Below, in pieces: positions 11,671 through 25,318 of a stretch of 64,000 bases of DNA. The translations under genes were made by a program, and so were the position numbers. Position 1 is the stretch's first letter, and each line of letters begins with the position of its first letter. Origin of the DNA: Anthoceros angustus (lineage: Eukaryota > Plantae > Anthocerotophyta); the NCBI GenBank assembly GCA_010909165.1, contig MU008171.1:558001-622000 (forward strand), given 5' to 3'. A model generated the notes under the pieces. That model saw only the letters and a list, made by a program, of their open reading frames with translations. It had not been told where the DNA came from and did no database searches.

Positions 11671-14600
11671 CTAAAGGAGAAGAGTGTCCGGATCCTCAAT
11701 AAACCCCTTGAATGCTCCAAGCCATTTGGCTCCAACAGCACCTACGGAAAAAGCAGAACAAGGATTCGCATCAGCCACTATCGCAAGAAATTGGAACCCC
11801 ACAATCAACAGGATCAAGGAAAGCCTCGCACCATCAACAACGCGGTGGTCACAGCTGAGTGTAACAGTCATAAACAAGCCCGCTGCAAACTCTCCTGGTT
11901 CCTTGCCAGGAATAACTCGCATTTCAGCTACAAAACACAGTAGCCAAGGACAGAATCAGGGACACCGGCAGACAATAAAGTGATCAACATCCACAAGGCG
12001 ATCGGAATAATCTGCTCACATGATCCAACAGCAAGAATGCAGGATTGCGGTGGATTGATGATGGCACAGAAATGCTTGATACCGAATGGTCCCCCCAAGT
12101 TTGATACGGTGAAAGTGCCACCCTAGTACGATATACAGGACAGGTTAGCATTCAAAATGATCCTCTACCAACAAGAATTGTCACTTCAGTAAACTCAAAG
12201 GGACTGGACACCAATGAGACTGACCTCATAATCTGCCGGTTTAAGTCCGTTCTTCTTGGCCTTTTCAGCCAAAGCCTTCACATCCTCCGAAATTGAGAGC
12301 AAACCTCTCTTATCGGCATCCTGTGATAACAAAACCCTGCTTCGTTAGAAATGGTAAAGCTGCAACACAACAAGTGAGAACTATAGTCACGAACAGGTGA
12401 GCATGTCGTCAACCACACACGCGGATGAAGCATACCTTGATCACAGGAACCATCAGTCCAAAGTCGGTCTGCACAGCAACACTGATGTTGACATTTCGAT
12501 ACCTGAGTAGACAATTACAGCGTGCAGTGTGAATAAAGTCCTCCATGTCCAACAAAGTATTTGTTTCAAAAGCATCCCAAGAAGCAGTTAGGAGTATTAG
12601 TGAATATGCTTCAACTTATAGAATTCTTACTGGCGGATGTATTCATCTGTCCAAGAGCTATTACACTCTGGAACCTTTCGCAGTGCCAACGCTGCTGCCT
12701 GAAAACCCAGCGATTGAATGACTCAGACATTAAAGAACATTGCCAGCAAGAACTACTGAGTAGGTCTCAAGAATGAAGCAAAACAAGACAACTAAGAGCA
12801 CAACACTGCAGCACCTTGATCACAAAATCGTTGATTGAAAGCTTCTTTCCCTTAGCAGCTTCCAGTGCAGCGTTCAATTTGTTGCGCACCCTGTTAGAAA
12901 GCCATCCCAAAACATGAGACTTGTTCTACTGCTACTCACACGCACAGAGCTGTTCATCTTGAACTAACAAGATCCACATCAACCAAAACCAGACAAAACA
13001 AAACAAAATGCTGCAACAGCTCTTACGCATTCAGCCGATCAACACGAGTATCCACTGACAGATAATAATGTGGAATCGTCTGTTTTGAAAGCAAAAGGCG
13101 TTGGGCAATGACCTGCAACATAAGAAAATTACACAGTTTTTTTAGCACAACCATTCATCTCCAGAGTGAAGTTTGGGCTAACGCTGAGCCAGATAAAGGA
13201 GCAGGAGACGACACCCTTCTGATCTGGGTATTTGGAGACTCTGTAAAGTCCAAGTCCCCAGCTGATGCAGGGGCTGCACTGTGGGAAGGTATTCCCCGTG
13301 AAGGAGAAGGCCCTGAAGCTGCATACAACAAGTTCTAAGCATACATAAACCAAAAGTAATAGAACAAAGAAGCGAGCCTCTTGCGCTACATTATTTTGAC
13401 CAGAAGTCATACCTAAAAGATCCTCAACATCTGCCCTTACAATGCGTCCATCAGGACCAGTACCTCTTATACTTGCAAGAGACACCTGGAGACAGCCAAT
13501 TGCACAAAAAGATGGACTTCATTGGCTCTGCCAAATGTTAAACCAAATACTATGACAACAATGAATACCTTGCAGAAAGGGAAGCAAAAAGCCACCAAAT
13601 TCTCGAACTAAGCTTCCACGCTGTACTCTGGACCCTACAGCAAGCAATTACACAGCATACGGCAGGAGCTTACACTCTTGTCCTCAGCCAGCTTCCGTGC
13701 AGCAGGACTTGCAAATACCCTGCCACCTGATGGTGTAGATGAGGGCGCCCTTGGAGCCTCTGATCTGCTGGGCAGAGCCGTAGATGTGGGTGGTGGACGT
13801 GATTCTGGCCTTGGTTGAGCTTTCGGCGAATCACTCTGGGGAGGTGCCTTTGGCGGTGCAGAACCTCCACCCCCCCCACCACCACCACTTCCCCCTTGGT
13901 AGCTACTGAACTTGCTTACATCACCTTGGTCTTCCACCACTATGCAAATAGGCTGGAATGAAATATAAAGGATGTTCTATCATGAATGAACTGAGCTACT
14001 TGAAGTCAGCCCTCAATGATCAGATTAACAAGCGAAACACCTGACAACATGACCTTTAGCTGAAGGTATACCTGTCCAACTTTAATATCCTTGGCACCGT
14101 CTCCCACAAGGATCTTAGCGAGATAACCTTCCTCCATTGACTCCATCTCCAGGGTCGCCTTATCCTAAACATGAGGACGGCAATAGGCAAGATTCTGTCA
14201 TGGCCTCCAGACATTCTATACCTGCATCTGAAAGATGAGCCGGAATACAAAACGTTCAAAACTTTACCGTTTCAATCTCACAAAGAACATCACCCGGTAT
14301 GACTTTATCGCCCTCTTTCTTCCGCCACTTTGCAATGTTTCCCTGACACATTTGTGCATAGAAACATAATCAGTAAGTTAAAACCTCAGCTGAATTCCCG
14401 TCCCAGCAAGGCATTCACATCAGAGAGGCCACACGCCAAACACAAAATACCACAAAGAGTGATGCAGGTTCGGAACACACCTGGGTCATCGTAGGTGAAA
14501 GAGATGGCATCCCGATTTCCTGATGCGGAGGCACTGGGAACAGCAAAACAAACATCGATCAGCAAAGCCTTCAAAAGCAAGCCAGCGCACAACCTCGCAA

Positions 14601-15092
14601 TCACGATAAAAACCCTAGGTCGGAGTGCAAATGCAGATGGCCAACGGAGAGCAGCGCAGGTTATGGATGGCTTTACAGTCTCCTGAAGCGAAAGACCTGG
14701 ATGGCTGCAACATCGAACATTGCTTGGGAAAGGACAGTGAATCGTGTTGCGAATTGGGCCTGCACAGCCCAGGGGCTACCTCTTAGGCAGCTGGGGAAAT
14801 ACTGCGTTCAGACCTATCCGATGTCTGACGACGAAGCGACCCCTCGTCGACAAATCAGCGCATCGCTGAGAGCCCGGAACATGCGAACATCAAAACTGCA
14901 TTTCCAATGCAGCGACATCAAAACTGACCTGATGGAGCCACCTTGAATGCCGTGGAGAGCTGATCTGCAGGCCGCAGCAGCGATTCCTCGATGCTGGAAC
15001 GCAGTTCTGGACGCAGCTCGGTAGCCACCATTCCGCGTGATCAAAGCTGCTGCAGATCGCACAGCCAGGCCCGCCGCCCGGCGCGACGCCAT
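11671..15092 (-). CDS. Mitochondrial pyruvate dehydrogenase complex E2, dihydrolipoamide acetyltransferase (single lipoyl domain), multi-exon
   Basis: Arg/Ala/Ser-rich presequence [13 protein letters not shown], lipoyl domain [15 protein letters not shown]...[13 protein letters not shown]3-binding [11 protein letters not shown]...[13 protein letters not shown], catalytic [12 protein letters not shown]. Stop TAG at 11671; GT-AG introns. Confidence 0.95.
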
Positions 15093-16246
15093 GGCTACGG
15101 AATGCAACGCAATTACAGCACCCAGACCTCTCAATAAATAGTAGCAGGTGACCGCTTCCGTGGCCTTGGCCTATTGCTCCATGTGTTTTCGCCTGTGGCT
15201 CGCTTGCACAACCTTTTGGAGTTCCCCTTACGATTAATCCTTTATGGATTAAACAGGCCAGGCAATAACGAGTCCAGTGGAATCAAATACGAAGTCCTTT
15301 GGGATTCCCGGCTTACAGAACCTGATGCAACGCAATCCACTTGCAACAACACACAACGAGAGACTAGACGCTGGCTAGCTCTTTGGGAAACACACCCAAG
15401 ACTAGGACCTTAAAAAATATTATTTTAAGGGGGGTGAGTACTTACCTCAATTAAATACTGGGGTACCGGAGGAGCTAAGGTTTTCGACGAAAATTAATTA
15501 ATTAATTATAGTAAATCTTAAATTTTAAATAATATTGAAATAAGTGGCCGAAAACAAAAAAAAATGCAAAACGGTAATTGCCGAAAACATGCTGGTCGGT
15601 CGCGAGGAGCGGGAGACTGCAGGCTTCGACGCCAGGAGGGGGAGAGCGCACACCTCCGCTGGGATCCAATCTATCGGTCGCACATCGAGATTGGATTCGT
15701 TCCTTTGAGGGGTCCAATCTCTGTGCAGCTGCAGCACTACACAGACATTTGCAACAACTGCTGCCATTGGTGCAAAGATTTGCAGGCTTTGCTGTAGATC
15801 GGGCTGCTAGAGTGGGAGAGGCGGCATAAGATGCAACAGCAGCAGCAGCACCCGTTGGGTTTCCATGGTAGTTTCCAGCAGCAACATCCCGGTAGGGGCA
15901 GAGGTTAGCCTTGGGCTGTCCATGTTTTCTCACTCTGGAGGAACAGGGTGTGCATGTGCAGCCCAACAGGCATCAAATGGGTCAAGGGAGGATGTTGGGT
16001 GTGGGTGGTGATCAGCAGATGATCAACGTCTCGAGGATACGATCAATATGCAGGCTAACAACGCACGTCCAGGCTTACAGTAAAGCATCAACATGTAGAT
16101 CCTCGCTGAAGTTCTTGTGTGCTTTCCTCTAGCGATTATTTGTAGAATGTAGATATGGAAGCCCTACTAATTGCCACTTTCATGTCCGGGCATTCTGTGA
16201 CAGGGTTACTTCAACCAACGATTCTACAGAACCTTGGTAACAGTAC

Positions 16247-16350
16247 TGGATGCAGAACAGCTGCATTAATACGCCACAGCAAGTGTTGAAGAACTTGTTT
16301 TGGATGCAAAACAGCTTCATTAATGCCCCACAACAAGTGTTGAAGAACTT
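16247..16350. repeat. 54-bp direct duplication
   Basis: tggatgcagaacagctgcattaatacgccacagcaagtgttgaagaactt occurs twice in tandem. Confidence 0.8.
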
Positions 16351-16454
16351 TCAGGTGCCTACTTTAATGTATTATTGTTGCCTTCCCACGTCATCGTTGG
16401 TTTCAAAATCATCAAACTTTGCAAGGTTTTCAGGTAGATACTGTACTCAGGGTT

Positions 16455-18400
16455 TCAGGAAGTGGAAATTACTTGTGAGCAACATGTTGTCATACTTGAA
16501 GTAATGCACTTGATCTGTTGCGAGCCTGGTCCTGAAGCCGAATGGGCGTCATGATGGCTAGCACTGACTCTTGATGCGTTATTTGCTAAGCAATTCGTCA
16601 TGACTTCCATTATGTTAGTAGCCTCTTCATCCTCTCCCTCCTCTTCCTCAATCAATAAATAGCGTCTGGAGATTCTTCACTGACCCCATCAAAAATACCT
16701 AAAAGTAAGGAGTTCACCAGGTTTGCCTCCATAGCTTCACTTTGAAAGTCTCGGCGAAATGATCTTAATATTTCTGCTTTTTCCCATCCTTTACAGATTA
16801 TGTCCATTTCCTTGATATGTTTCCAAGCTTCCAATAACCAGCCACATGTTAGTGGCTTGAGCCCTTCAGCTTCAAGTGCTTTTTCATTAAAGGTGCCTCT
16901 TGGTCATTTAACTGATGTTTCACACAACCTGCAAGCCATGTATTGAATTGCATTCGAAATGTGTGTTTCAACGGTCTTTGAATGATAATGTCAGCGGGCT
17001 GTAACTTACTTGAGCAGCTAGCGGGGACAAACACGATGCGAATATGAGAACAGTTAGCTTTCATCCAATCTAAAAACTCCCTTGACTTATGGATTTACTA
17101 GCAGTCAATGAACCAGACCATTTTCTGGTTTGCCGGTAAACCAAGTGCCCTTAAAACACCAGCATGATAAGGTACTAGGATATGATGCACAAATTCTCTC
17201 ATGGTCTTCATAGTGGACCAATGAGTTGATGAATAGGTTACCTCAAAATCTGCATCCTTGCATGCAATGCCACTTCAGAATGCATTGATTTGCTGGGGAA
17301 GAAATTGACCACGAGCTCTTGACTATATAACTCCAGTGATCTCTGCTCCATGTTCTCAACTCCAAGGACATGGATATCCTATGACCCTATACTTTCCCAA
17401 GTCCTCACACCATGTGTAGGTAGAAGATGAATACCAGTCTGATCGCTATTCACTACAAGGGCAGCTGGAATATTGTAAACTTTTACCAAATATGCAATCC
17501 AAAATGCCATATAATTCCTTTGATTCTCCCAATCTTGTGGTAATTTACATGCTGCACTTGTAGCCTTCAAGTGCCAATTGAGGTGCCTCTTTATGAATTT
17601 CCTTGCCCATTTTACAGTGACTTTAAACCCTCCTTTGTCTTGTGTGTCTTGGAGCAGTTCAGTAGCTCTATGCGCTATAATCTCATACAATATAGGTTGG
17701 ACTATTGGTCCTAATAATGGTGCACCCTTAGTTCTATGCCCTATAATCTCATACAATATATGTTGCACTATTGGTCCTGATAATGGTGCACCCTTAGCTC
17801 GAATTCTTTTTAGGGTAGTGATCAACTTTGTTATAAGTTCAGGCTTTCCAATTAGCACATCTAAGTACTCTTGTCTTCAATCTGCTGAATGTCCTTGTTC
17901 TACTGCTCTTACATATTTTGGTGACAGTTCACGAGTTCTTGAGAACCACAAATAAAAATTACTCCTTGTCAAATAATCATAAAGATTGCAACGTGTACCT
18001 AGTTTTTTATGCACCCTTCTCAAATAGAATATGATGTCGCTGAAACTTCTATATGCCTTGACAGCAGCTGCAATAAGAGGCCATAGGTCAGGATTAAACC
18101 AATTTGTATACCTTTCTCTTTCTCTTTCCATTTCTATTCTTGCAATCTTGGAAGAAGAACCACCTTCTTGTTTGATCGTTCTCTTCACCTTTCCCACTTG
18201 GAGCCCTTTGGAACATTGAAAAGAGCAGCTCCACATGGCTCCTTTCATGGCCTTATAAGTGGTCTCTTTGGCACCTTGGTGGATGATGCATGTGCATGGG
18301 TGGGATCTTCCAACACCTTCTTCTCCCTTTCTAATGCCTTATTCCTCTCCTCTCTAGTTGCATGCTTAAACATGAAGTGATTGTTATTTGCTTGCTAAAA
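16455..18400 (-). mobile_element. Degenerate pogo/Tc1-mariner-like (DDE_1, CENP-B-like) transposase
   Basis: Fragments VVNSDQTGIHLLP, FVPASCSSKLQPADIIIQRPLKH and IICKGWEKA, with stops and frameshifts. I did not identify TIRs. Confidence 0.8.
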
Positions 18401-18940
18401 GATATCGCCGGCATCTACTAGCATAAGCATTAGCTAGCAAGAAGTTGGTATGAAAGAAATAAAGACCTATAAAGCCTATGTTGAAGTATGATCTACACCC
18501 CTACTTAGGTACCCACCTATTTCATTTGGTGTTCAAACCTAGGTTATGAGCCAGTCTTAAAAGCCATGGTGTTAACTAGGTAAAGAGGAAACAAAAGTCT
18601 TAAAAACCATGGTGTGAACTAGGTAAATAGAAAAAAGAAATCATAATATGTATTTTTGGTTTTTTCTATTTATTTATAATTTGTGAGGTATTATAAAATT
18701 ATCTAGGAAGGTATATTATCATATCTATTTAATCTACTAACAAAATATAAAAATTATTATATATTATGTTAAAAACTAAGATTATAAACTCATACAAGTT
18801 GGAAATGTTTTTTCAAAAAATAATTATTCGACATTAGGGTGTCCAAAACCGGTGGCATTAATGTGTGTCCAAATGGCTTAGGCCAAACGGACAAACATTT
18901 ATAAGAACGTCCTTAGTAAACATTCTGCGCTTAGATCGGT

Positions 18941-19315
18941 ACTTAGATGGGGTGCCTAAAAGGAGTGGATGCCCTTGATGCAACTAGCATAACTTAGATG
19001 GGGTGCCTAAAGTAAATCAGGTGCCTACGGGGAGTGGATGCCCTTGGTGCAACTAGCATAATTTAGATGGGGTGCCTGAAGGGAGTGGATGCCCTTGGTG
19101 CAGCTAGCATAACTTAGATGGGGTGCCTAAAGGGAGTGGATGCCCTTGGTGCAGCTAGCATAACTTAGATGGGGTGCCTAAAGGGAGTGGATGCCCTTGG
19201 TGCAACTAGCATAACTTAGATGGGGTACCTAAGGGGAGTGGATGTCCTCGGTGCAACTAGCATAACTTAGATGGGGTGCCTAAGGGGAGTGGATGCCCTT
19301 GGTGCAACTAGCTTA
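18941..19315. repeat. 51-bp minisatellite, about 7 near-identical copies
   Basis: acttagatggggtgcctaaagggagtggatgcccttggtgcaactagcata repeated head-to-tail with no spacers. Confidence 0.93.
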
Positions 19316-19870
19316 GACACATCATGGTATAAGTTGTTAAGTACCAAGTCCCATGACGGAAATCCGTCCTTAGTGGACTTAAATAAAATTCTTCTTATTC
19401 TTCTTCTTCTTCCTATGATAGCTAATTGATTCTTTTTTTAGTGGTGCAGTCTTTTACTCTATAACAGGTAGTTCAACTCTTAATTTTTAAGAGAGATTTT
19501 ATTGAGAATTTTATTAACTTTTAGACACTTCATTATCATGATAGGCACCTCATCCTAATAGTAAACTAACCTAAGGAATGCTTGACCTAAAAAATGCTTG
19601 ACCCTGCCCCGCCACTGCCCATGCCATCGATGCCCTCGTTCTGGCCGCCGTCGTCGATGCCCCTTAGCCTCGCCTCGGGCTTGTTTTGTGGTGGCCGATT
19701 CGGCTCTTGAGCATGGGGCATTGGGGTTGACATTGCGGTAAGCATGGGGTGGAGGAGGTCGCAGTTATTTTTATTTTTGTCGATTTTTTGAGGTTATGAC
19801 TTGTATTATCGCTAAGCGTAAAACAGTTAAATATGTAGACAACAGGGTATCAATATTGGAGATTAGATTA

Positions 19871-20326
19871 CAGTCCACCCCCCTAATTGGGTCTGGTTCG
19901 AAGTGCCTTTAGAGGTCCCATTAAGGGAGGTATCCCGATTATATTTTCTCTACTTAACAATAATAAAAATATTATAAATTAAAAAATCAAAAATACCCAA
20001 AAAATGAAAATTTCAATTTTGATTGATAGGTTTCACTAAAAATAGCTTTTATCACCTCTCTATATAGTTGTTTGAAAGCTAGCACTCTCTCTCTAAGCAA
20101 CATAAAAAAACCTCTACCTATCATAAAGGAAAAAGCTTACCTTAAGAGTCTTCAATCACACCTAAAAGTCGGGTGAAACTAACATGAATGTATGTTTGAA
20201 AAGGTCCCAATTACCATTAAGGGAAAAGTCCTATTTGTTACATCGTAAACTAAAGGGAGTAGGATGGGAGGTCCCATTTAGAGAGGAATCCCATTTATAG
20301 AGTTCCCAATTAGGGGGGGGCGACTG
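19871..20326. mobile_element. 456-bp MITE with ~21-bp TIRs (CAGTC..CCCCCTAATTGGG) and TA target duplication, Tc1/mariner/pogo type
   Basis: ta|cagtccacccccctaattggg ... cccaattaggggggggcgactg|ta. AT-rich interior with subterminal ggtccca..taaggga repeats. Confidence 0.85.
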
Positions 20327-20563
20327 TACTTAGTATTGAGGACAAATACGAAGACAACGCGGTATCTGTATTGGAGACTAGAGTACTTAATATTGAGGTG
20401 GAGAATATTTTTTGAAGGGAAAAATATGAGTCTCTTTTGGCTAAGCACCAATCTTTGGCATGGGATTCTGAGGACGAGGGGGGTGAGGAGGGCCAGGAGG
20501 ACGAGGGGGATGAGTTCAATTTCGTAATGGATGATCTCATAGATAAGAAATTTAGTAGTCAGC

Positions 20564-21392
20564 ATGTTATCATTAGAAAATTATAACAGGATCTTGAAAC
20601 GACAAGCTCATGAGCTAAAGATTTTTGAGGCGTCTTTCCAGGTCCAGTTTGATTCATTGCTTTTGCAAGTCAATGCCTTGCAAATTCTTGTTCCTTGTGT
20701 GGGTTGCTTGTCGAAGGCAAATCTGGCTCCTCGTTTGGAAGGCTACAAGAAGATTATTCTCTAAGATTATTCATGCACAGAGGGAAGAAATGCACAGTTA
20801 CATGGCCAAAAAGTTGCAGGGTTTGGATTATCAGGTTAGAAGACTCTCGGAAAGGTTGATGGAGCAAGGATTACAAAATGAAGTTTTTTCACGGACCATA
20901 TATTATTGCATCATTTGTGGCTGCAAAGGAGTTTCTCAATAGGCTAGAGGTCGATGTGATCATTCCTCAAGCCTTCTAGCTTGGAAAGGATCCTGGTAGG
21001 GAGCGCATATTGATTATGACTTTTCATTCTATGGATGATCGCCTCAGTGTTATGAAGGCTAGGTCTATGTTACGGACAACTCAGATATATGTCAATGAGG
21101 GTCTTACACCATTGCAATGGAAGACTAAGAAGGAGAAGTTACCCGCTTTCAGAGCAGCTCCTGCTGCAGGTCAAGTGGCTTTCTTTTGTGGGGATGAACT
21201 GGTGGCGTTTGGCCCTCGTTCACGCAATTTCATTGACACTGTTGATTGATTGAAGATCATTTGTATTGTTTGAATTTTACCTTTACATTAGTCTAGATCA
21301 GTTTACCGCAATCTATGCAGTTATCATATTTCAGTCCCATGACGGAAATCTGTCCTTACTGGGCTTAAATAAAATTCTTCATCTTCTTCTTG
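20564..21392 (+). mobile_element. Degenerate LINE ORF1-like sequence followed directly by a LINE-type 3' end
   Basis: Coiled-coil frames, then RERILIMTFHSMDDRLSVMKARSMLRTTQIYVNEGLTPLQ, resembling the ORF1p RRM/CTD signature. Ends in a gacggaaatctgtc stem, aaataaaa and a (ctt)n tail. Confidence 0.6.
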
Positions 21393-21699
21393 ACTTTAAA
21401 GTGGCCCATTCTCTCTCTGAGCAAATCAATAGGTAGCTTCATAAAACTGCACAAACACATTATATCAATTTTTACGTGAGATTTTAAAAATTATTTTATT
21501 AAATTTTAATTGTATTAAATTTTAGATCCTTCATTATCATGATAGGCATCTTATCCAGTAGTCAACTGACCCAAGGAATGCTTGAGTTTAAAGCGGCCTA
21601 GTCTCTCTGGGCAAATCAATAGGGGCTTAGAAAACCGCACAAACAAATAATACATATGCAACGTGTGATTGACAATGAAGAATGTACAACGAGCATGTC

Positions 21700-21950
21700 C
21701 TCAACCATCTGGGCTAGGCGGCAGAAGGATGCATAACAGCTAAGGCCCAGACGTACATCCCATGTAGGAAGGCCATGTGTTCATTCTTCTTACTATTGAG
21801 ACTCATGGGGCCATGGACAAGGATTTTCGGAAGCGGAAGGATGCACAACGGCCCAGGCCAACACGTACACTCCATGTAGGAAGTCCATGTGTTCATTCTT
21901 TTTATTATCGAGACTCATGGGGCCATGGACAAGGATTTTGGGAAGTTTAT
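21700..21950 (+). mobile_element. Possible restriction-like endonuclease C-terminal fragment of a CRE/R2-type element, internally duplicated
   Basis: AKAQTY...GHVFILLTIETHGAMDKDF resembles the K..Y...F.P...ET.G RLE tail. A ~75-bp segment occurs at 21761 and 21872. Confidence 0.4.
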
Positions 21951-23351
21951 CAAGGGTCGTGCTAAGGTCTACCTCACCCCTAAGAATGAGTAGGTCTCCT
22001 TTTTCTTGTGCGGTGGCTTCCTTTCGGCAACATCTTTTGATCCCTTGTAGAGGGAGGTGGTAAACGTAATTTTTAAGACAACCTTGAATACGGGAGATGT
22101 AACATCTTCAGCTCCCATGGTAAGTAGGCTATTTCTTATCTCATACTACAACATTTTGGGGCTAGTTTACAATTTTAGGGTAAACAATCTCGGGGACTAG
22201 TGCTCCTTAGCCTAGGGCTCTTTAGTAGGTTCTTTCCCACTCCCTTGGTGCAGATGGAACTTCCCATCTCAGCTCTAGTCTTCGCATTCCTTGCAAGGAT
22301 GTTTTTAGGTATTTAATTCTTAAATATAATAATATATTGTAAAATATTTATGGATTTATATTGACCTACTACCAGCTTAGTCCTCCATGGTCTTGGGTAG
22401 ATGGTTTCCCATCTCATTTTCATAATAAAGTCTCCTTGTATCGCCAGCTTTGCCCATAAGGAAGGGGCATGCATGAGATAGATATGCAGGTAGGTTTTGC
22501 GAGGGTGCGGTAGATGTGAATTCTGGAATGCTTGTATAGTTACTAGGGTATGTGGAGTTGAAAGTTGCGTCCACCCTGAGCCTGGGCTGCTTGTTGGTGC
22601 ATATGTAGATACATAGGTAGTCATGGTTTTTTAGGCCGGGCCGGCTGCACTGTTCTCTTCCATACCATTCCCTTCCCTTCCCTTTCCCTCCGTTCTCTTC
22701 CCTTCCCTTGGCCGTCCAGGGCCCCCCAGTGCAGTGCGCGCAGATTGAGCGTCTTCGAAGTCCGCTGCGTCGCCGCCTACACTAATCGCTTTGCCCTTGT
22801 ATTTGTGTGGCATTGGGAAGTGCAATAAGGTTGCGGAGGGAGGCGCGATCGTGACTTGCTGGCCACGGTGTCCCCAGTGGCACAGCTGCTCATGGGGACC
22901 AGCAAGTTTTCAGGCCTCATTACTCTTGTTTGCTGCTTCATCATCTCGTGAGTGGGTCGCCCGATTTGTGCTGTCTGCTCTGCTCCCGCATGGCGGCTTC
23001 TGGACACCCCTCTTCCGCGGGAACCGAATGCGAGGCGTCACTGTGAGAAAGATTCTAGGGTGGGATATGGAGTGTGAGCCTCCCGGGAAGGCGGCGTCCG
23101 ATTTACATGCCTGCGCATTCTTCCGCAGCTGGTGCTAGTGTCGGAGCAAGGTGCTGGCAGTGTGGATGAGTTTTTCTTTCCGGGCTCCGCTCAAGGGCTG
23201 CGCATCTTTGGTCTCTTGCCTCTCGCTGCCGTGTTGCTTTGCCTGCTTCGCGATTTTCGTGTAAATTATTAGGTGGCACTTGGGGGGAATATTTGCAAGT
23301 TCGGAGGGCGTCAGGCCGCAGAACACATCATTCTCACACAGCGAGGTGGAA

Positions 23352-25318
23352 ATGGAGAAGAGGAAGGTGCAGGTGCCGCTAGTGTGTCATGGGCATTCCA
23401 GGCCTATAGTGGATCTCTCTTACAGCCCCGTTACTCCCGATGGTTTCTTTCTTGTCAGCGCTAGCAAAGGTACTGTGGAATGGAGACATCTCAACGTTCG
23501 CCCAGCTGATTTTCGAACACTGCCCTCTCAGTCCGCTTTGCACCCTTCCCTCTCCTGTGTGTACAGCCAAAGCATCGTGGAAGGATCGCAGGATTTTGCA
23601 ACTGCGATCTCCTCAACCCTAGAATGTTTGTGTCCGCCGTCAGTGCTGCATGTGTGCGCACGACAAGTGTCCCGCGGCTTCCTCCAGCCTGGCTGGAAAC
23701 TGTAGTCGCTCACTAGGGAGTAGGTTCGCCTGAAGTCTCATGACCGCTTTGTGAAGTGGCTGTAGAGCAGGGCCCGGGTTCGTTTTAGGCCAGCTTCAGT
23801 CAGCAGACAAATTTGACTCTGTGTGATTGCTAAGCTTCACGTCTTACTGTCATTCAGATGGGAAGCCCATGCTGAGGAATGGTGAGACCGGTGATTGGAT
23901 TGGGACCTTCGAAGGGCACAAGGGTGCTGTCTGGGGTGCTTGTCTTGATAACCCTGCTCTTCGGGCAGCAACTGCTTCTGCCGATTTCAGCGCGTAAGGC
24001 CTCTACCCTGTTAGCAAGCACCCATGTGTTTGTGTCTCGTGTATTGGCAGTCCTTCATTAACCCAGTTGGTTTGTCTCGCAGACGAGTTTGGGATGCTCT
24101 CACAGGAGATGAACTGCATTCCTTCGAGCACAAGCACATTGTTCGGACCTGTGCTTTTTCAGAGGTGGGCCATTGGATGATGTGGGGATTTTAGTCACTA
24201 CTTACTTCCCTGCTTCCTGTTATGCTTGCCCTTCGCTGCTCTGCGACTTGAGCCCAGATGCTGCTGTGCTCGTGGTCTGTCTTGCAGAGCACAACATCTC
24301 TGCTAACAGGTGGGGCCGAAAAAGTGCTCAGAATCTTTGATCTGGCTCGACCAGATGCACAGGCCACTGAAATTGAGGGCGCACCTGGCACTATCAGGAC
24401 CGCAGTTTGGCACCACAGTGATCAGACAATTTTAAGCTCCTTCAATGACTCGGGTGGTGTGAGGTGTGGTTTCCTTGCCATTTTTATGTGTACTGTCATC
24501 TTGTATGTGTTGTTCTCTACGCGTCGAAGACGACGTCGGAAGCGTTTCTTACGTGTTGGAGTTTTGCCTTGGCATGTGAAGGGTTTGGGACGTAAGAACC
24601 GAGACCATTGTACGTGTCTTGGAGACAAGGTCTCCTTGCACCAGTGTTGAGGTTAGCCGTGACGGTCAGTACATCACTACAGCTGATGGAAACAATGTGA
24701 AGTTCTGGGATGCAAATCAGTAAGTATGTTGACTCTAGGTTCAACTGAATGAGCGTTTTCTGATTTTACTCTCTGGGTGCTTTGCTCTGACACGTTTAAT
24801 TCTGCAGCTTTGGATTGGTTAAAAACTATGCAATGCCTCGACCTGTGGAGTCAGCGTCCCTGTACCCTGCACGGGGCAAGTTCATCGCTGCTGGTGATGA
24901 TATGTGGGTTCGCCTTTTTGATTTTGAGACTGGGGATGAAATTGGTAAGTTCTCTTGCTTTCTAAAATGACTTGTAGGTAAACCTACCTGTTTTAGGCTG
25001 CACGAATATCAAGTGTGGGTCTTGTATGCCATGCTCGCAGAGTGCAACAAAGGACACCATGGTCCAGTCCATTGTGTGCGATTCTCTCCTGGTGGCGAGT
25101 CATATGCATCGGGGTCTGAGGATGGGACCATTCGAATCTGGCGTACTGTAGAAACTGGGGCTGATGAGTTTGAGGTAGGGGGTGCAGCTGGTTTTGACAC
25201 AGTTGGAGGTAAGATCAGAGTTGGTGTTGACGATGTTATAAGGAAAGTGGAGGGCTTTCACGTCTCATCGGACAATGGGCGGGATGAGCGTTTGGAGAAC
25301 GGCCTGACAAAACAATAG
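23352..25318 (+). CDS. STRAP: Serine-threonine kinase receptor-associated protein (STRAP/UNRIP) WD40 protein, multi-exon
   Basis: [25 protein letters not shown]...[30 protein letters not shown], and [34 protein letters not shown] introns. Confidence 0.95.

Noticed and set aside
15502-16130. Cys/Ala-rich ORF as a zinc-knuckle gene
   Set aside because: Only a weak C..C...H...C pattern, with no clear start or family assignment.
18941-19315. Regular repeat array as CRISPR (also 10600-11005, 45241-45398, 47590-47900)
   Set aside because: Head-to-tail units with no unique spacers, no cas genes, and a eukaryotic context.
22313-22624. Short - strand ORFs upstream of STRAP
   Set aside because: Overlapping short frames with no recognisable homology.
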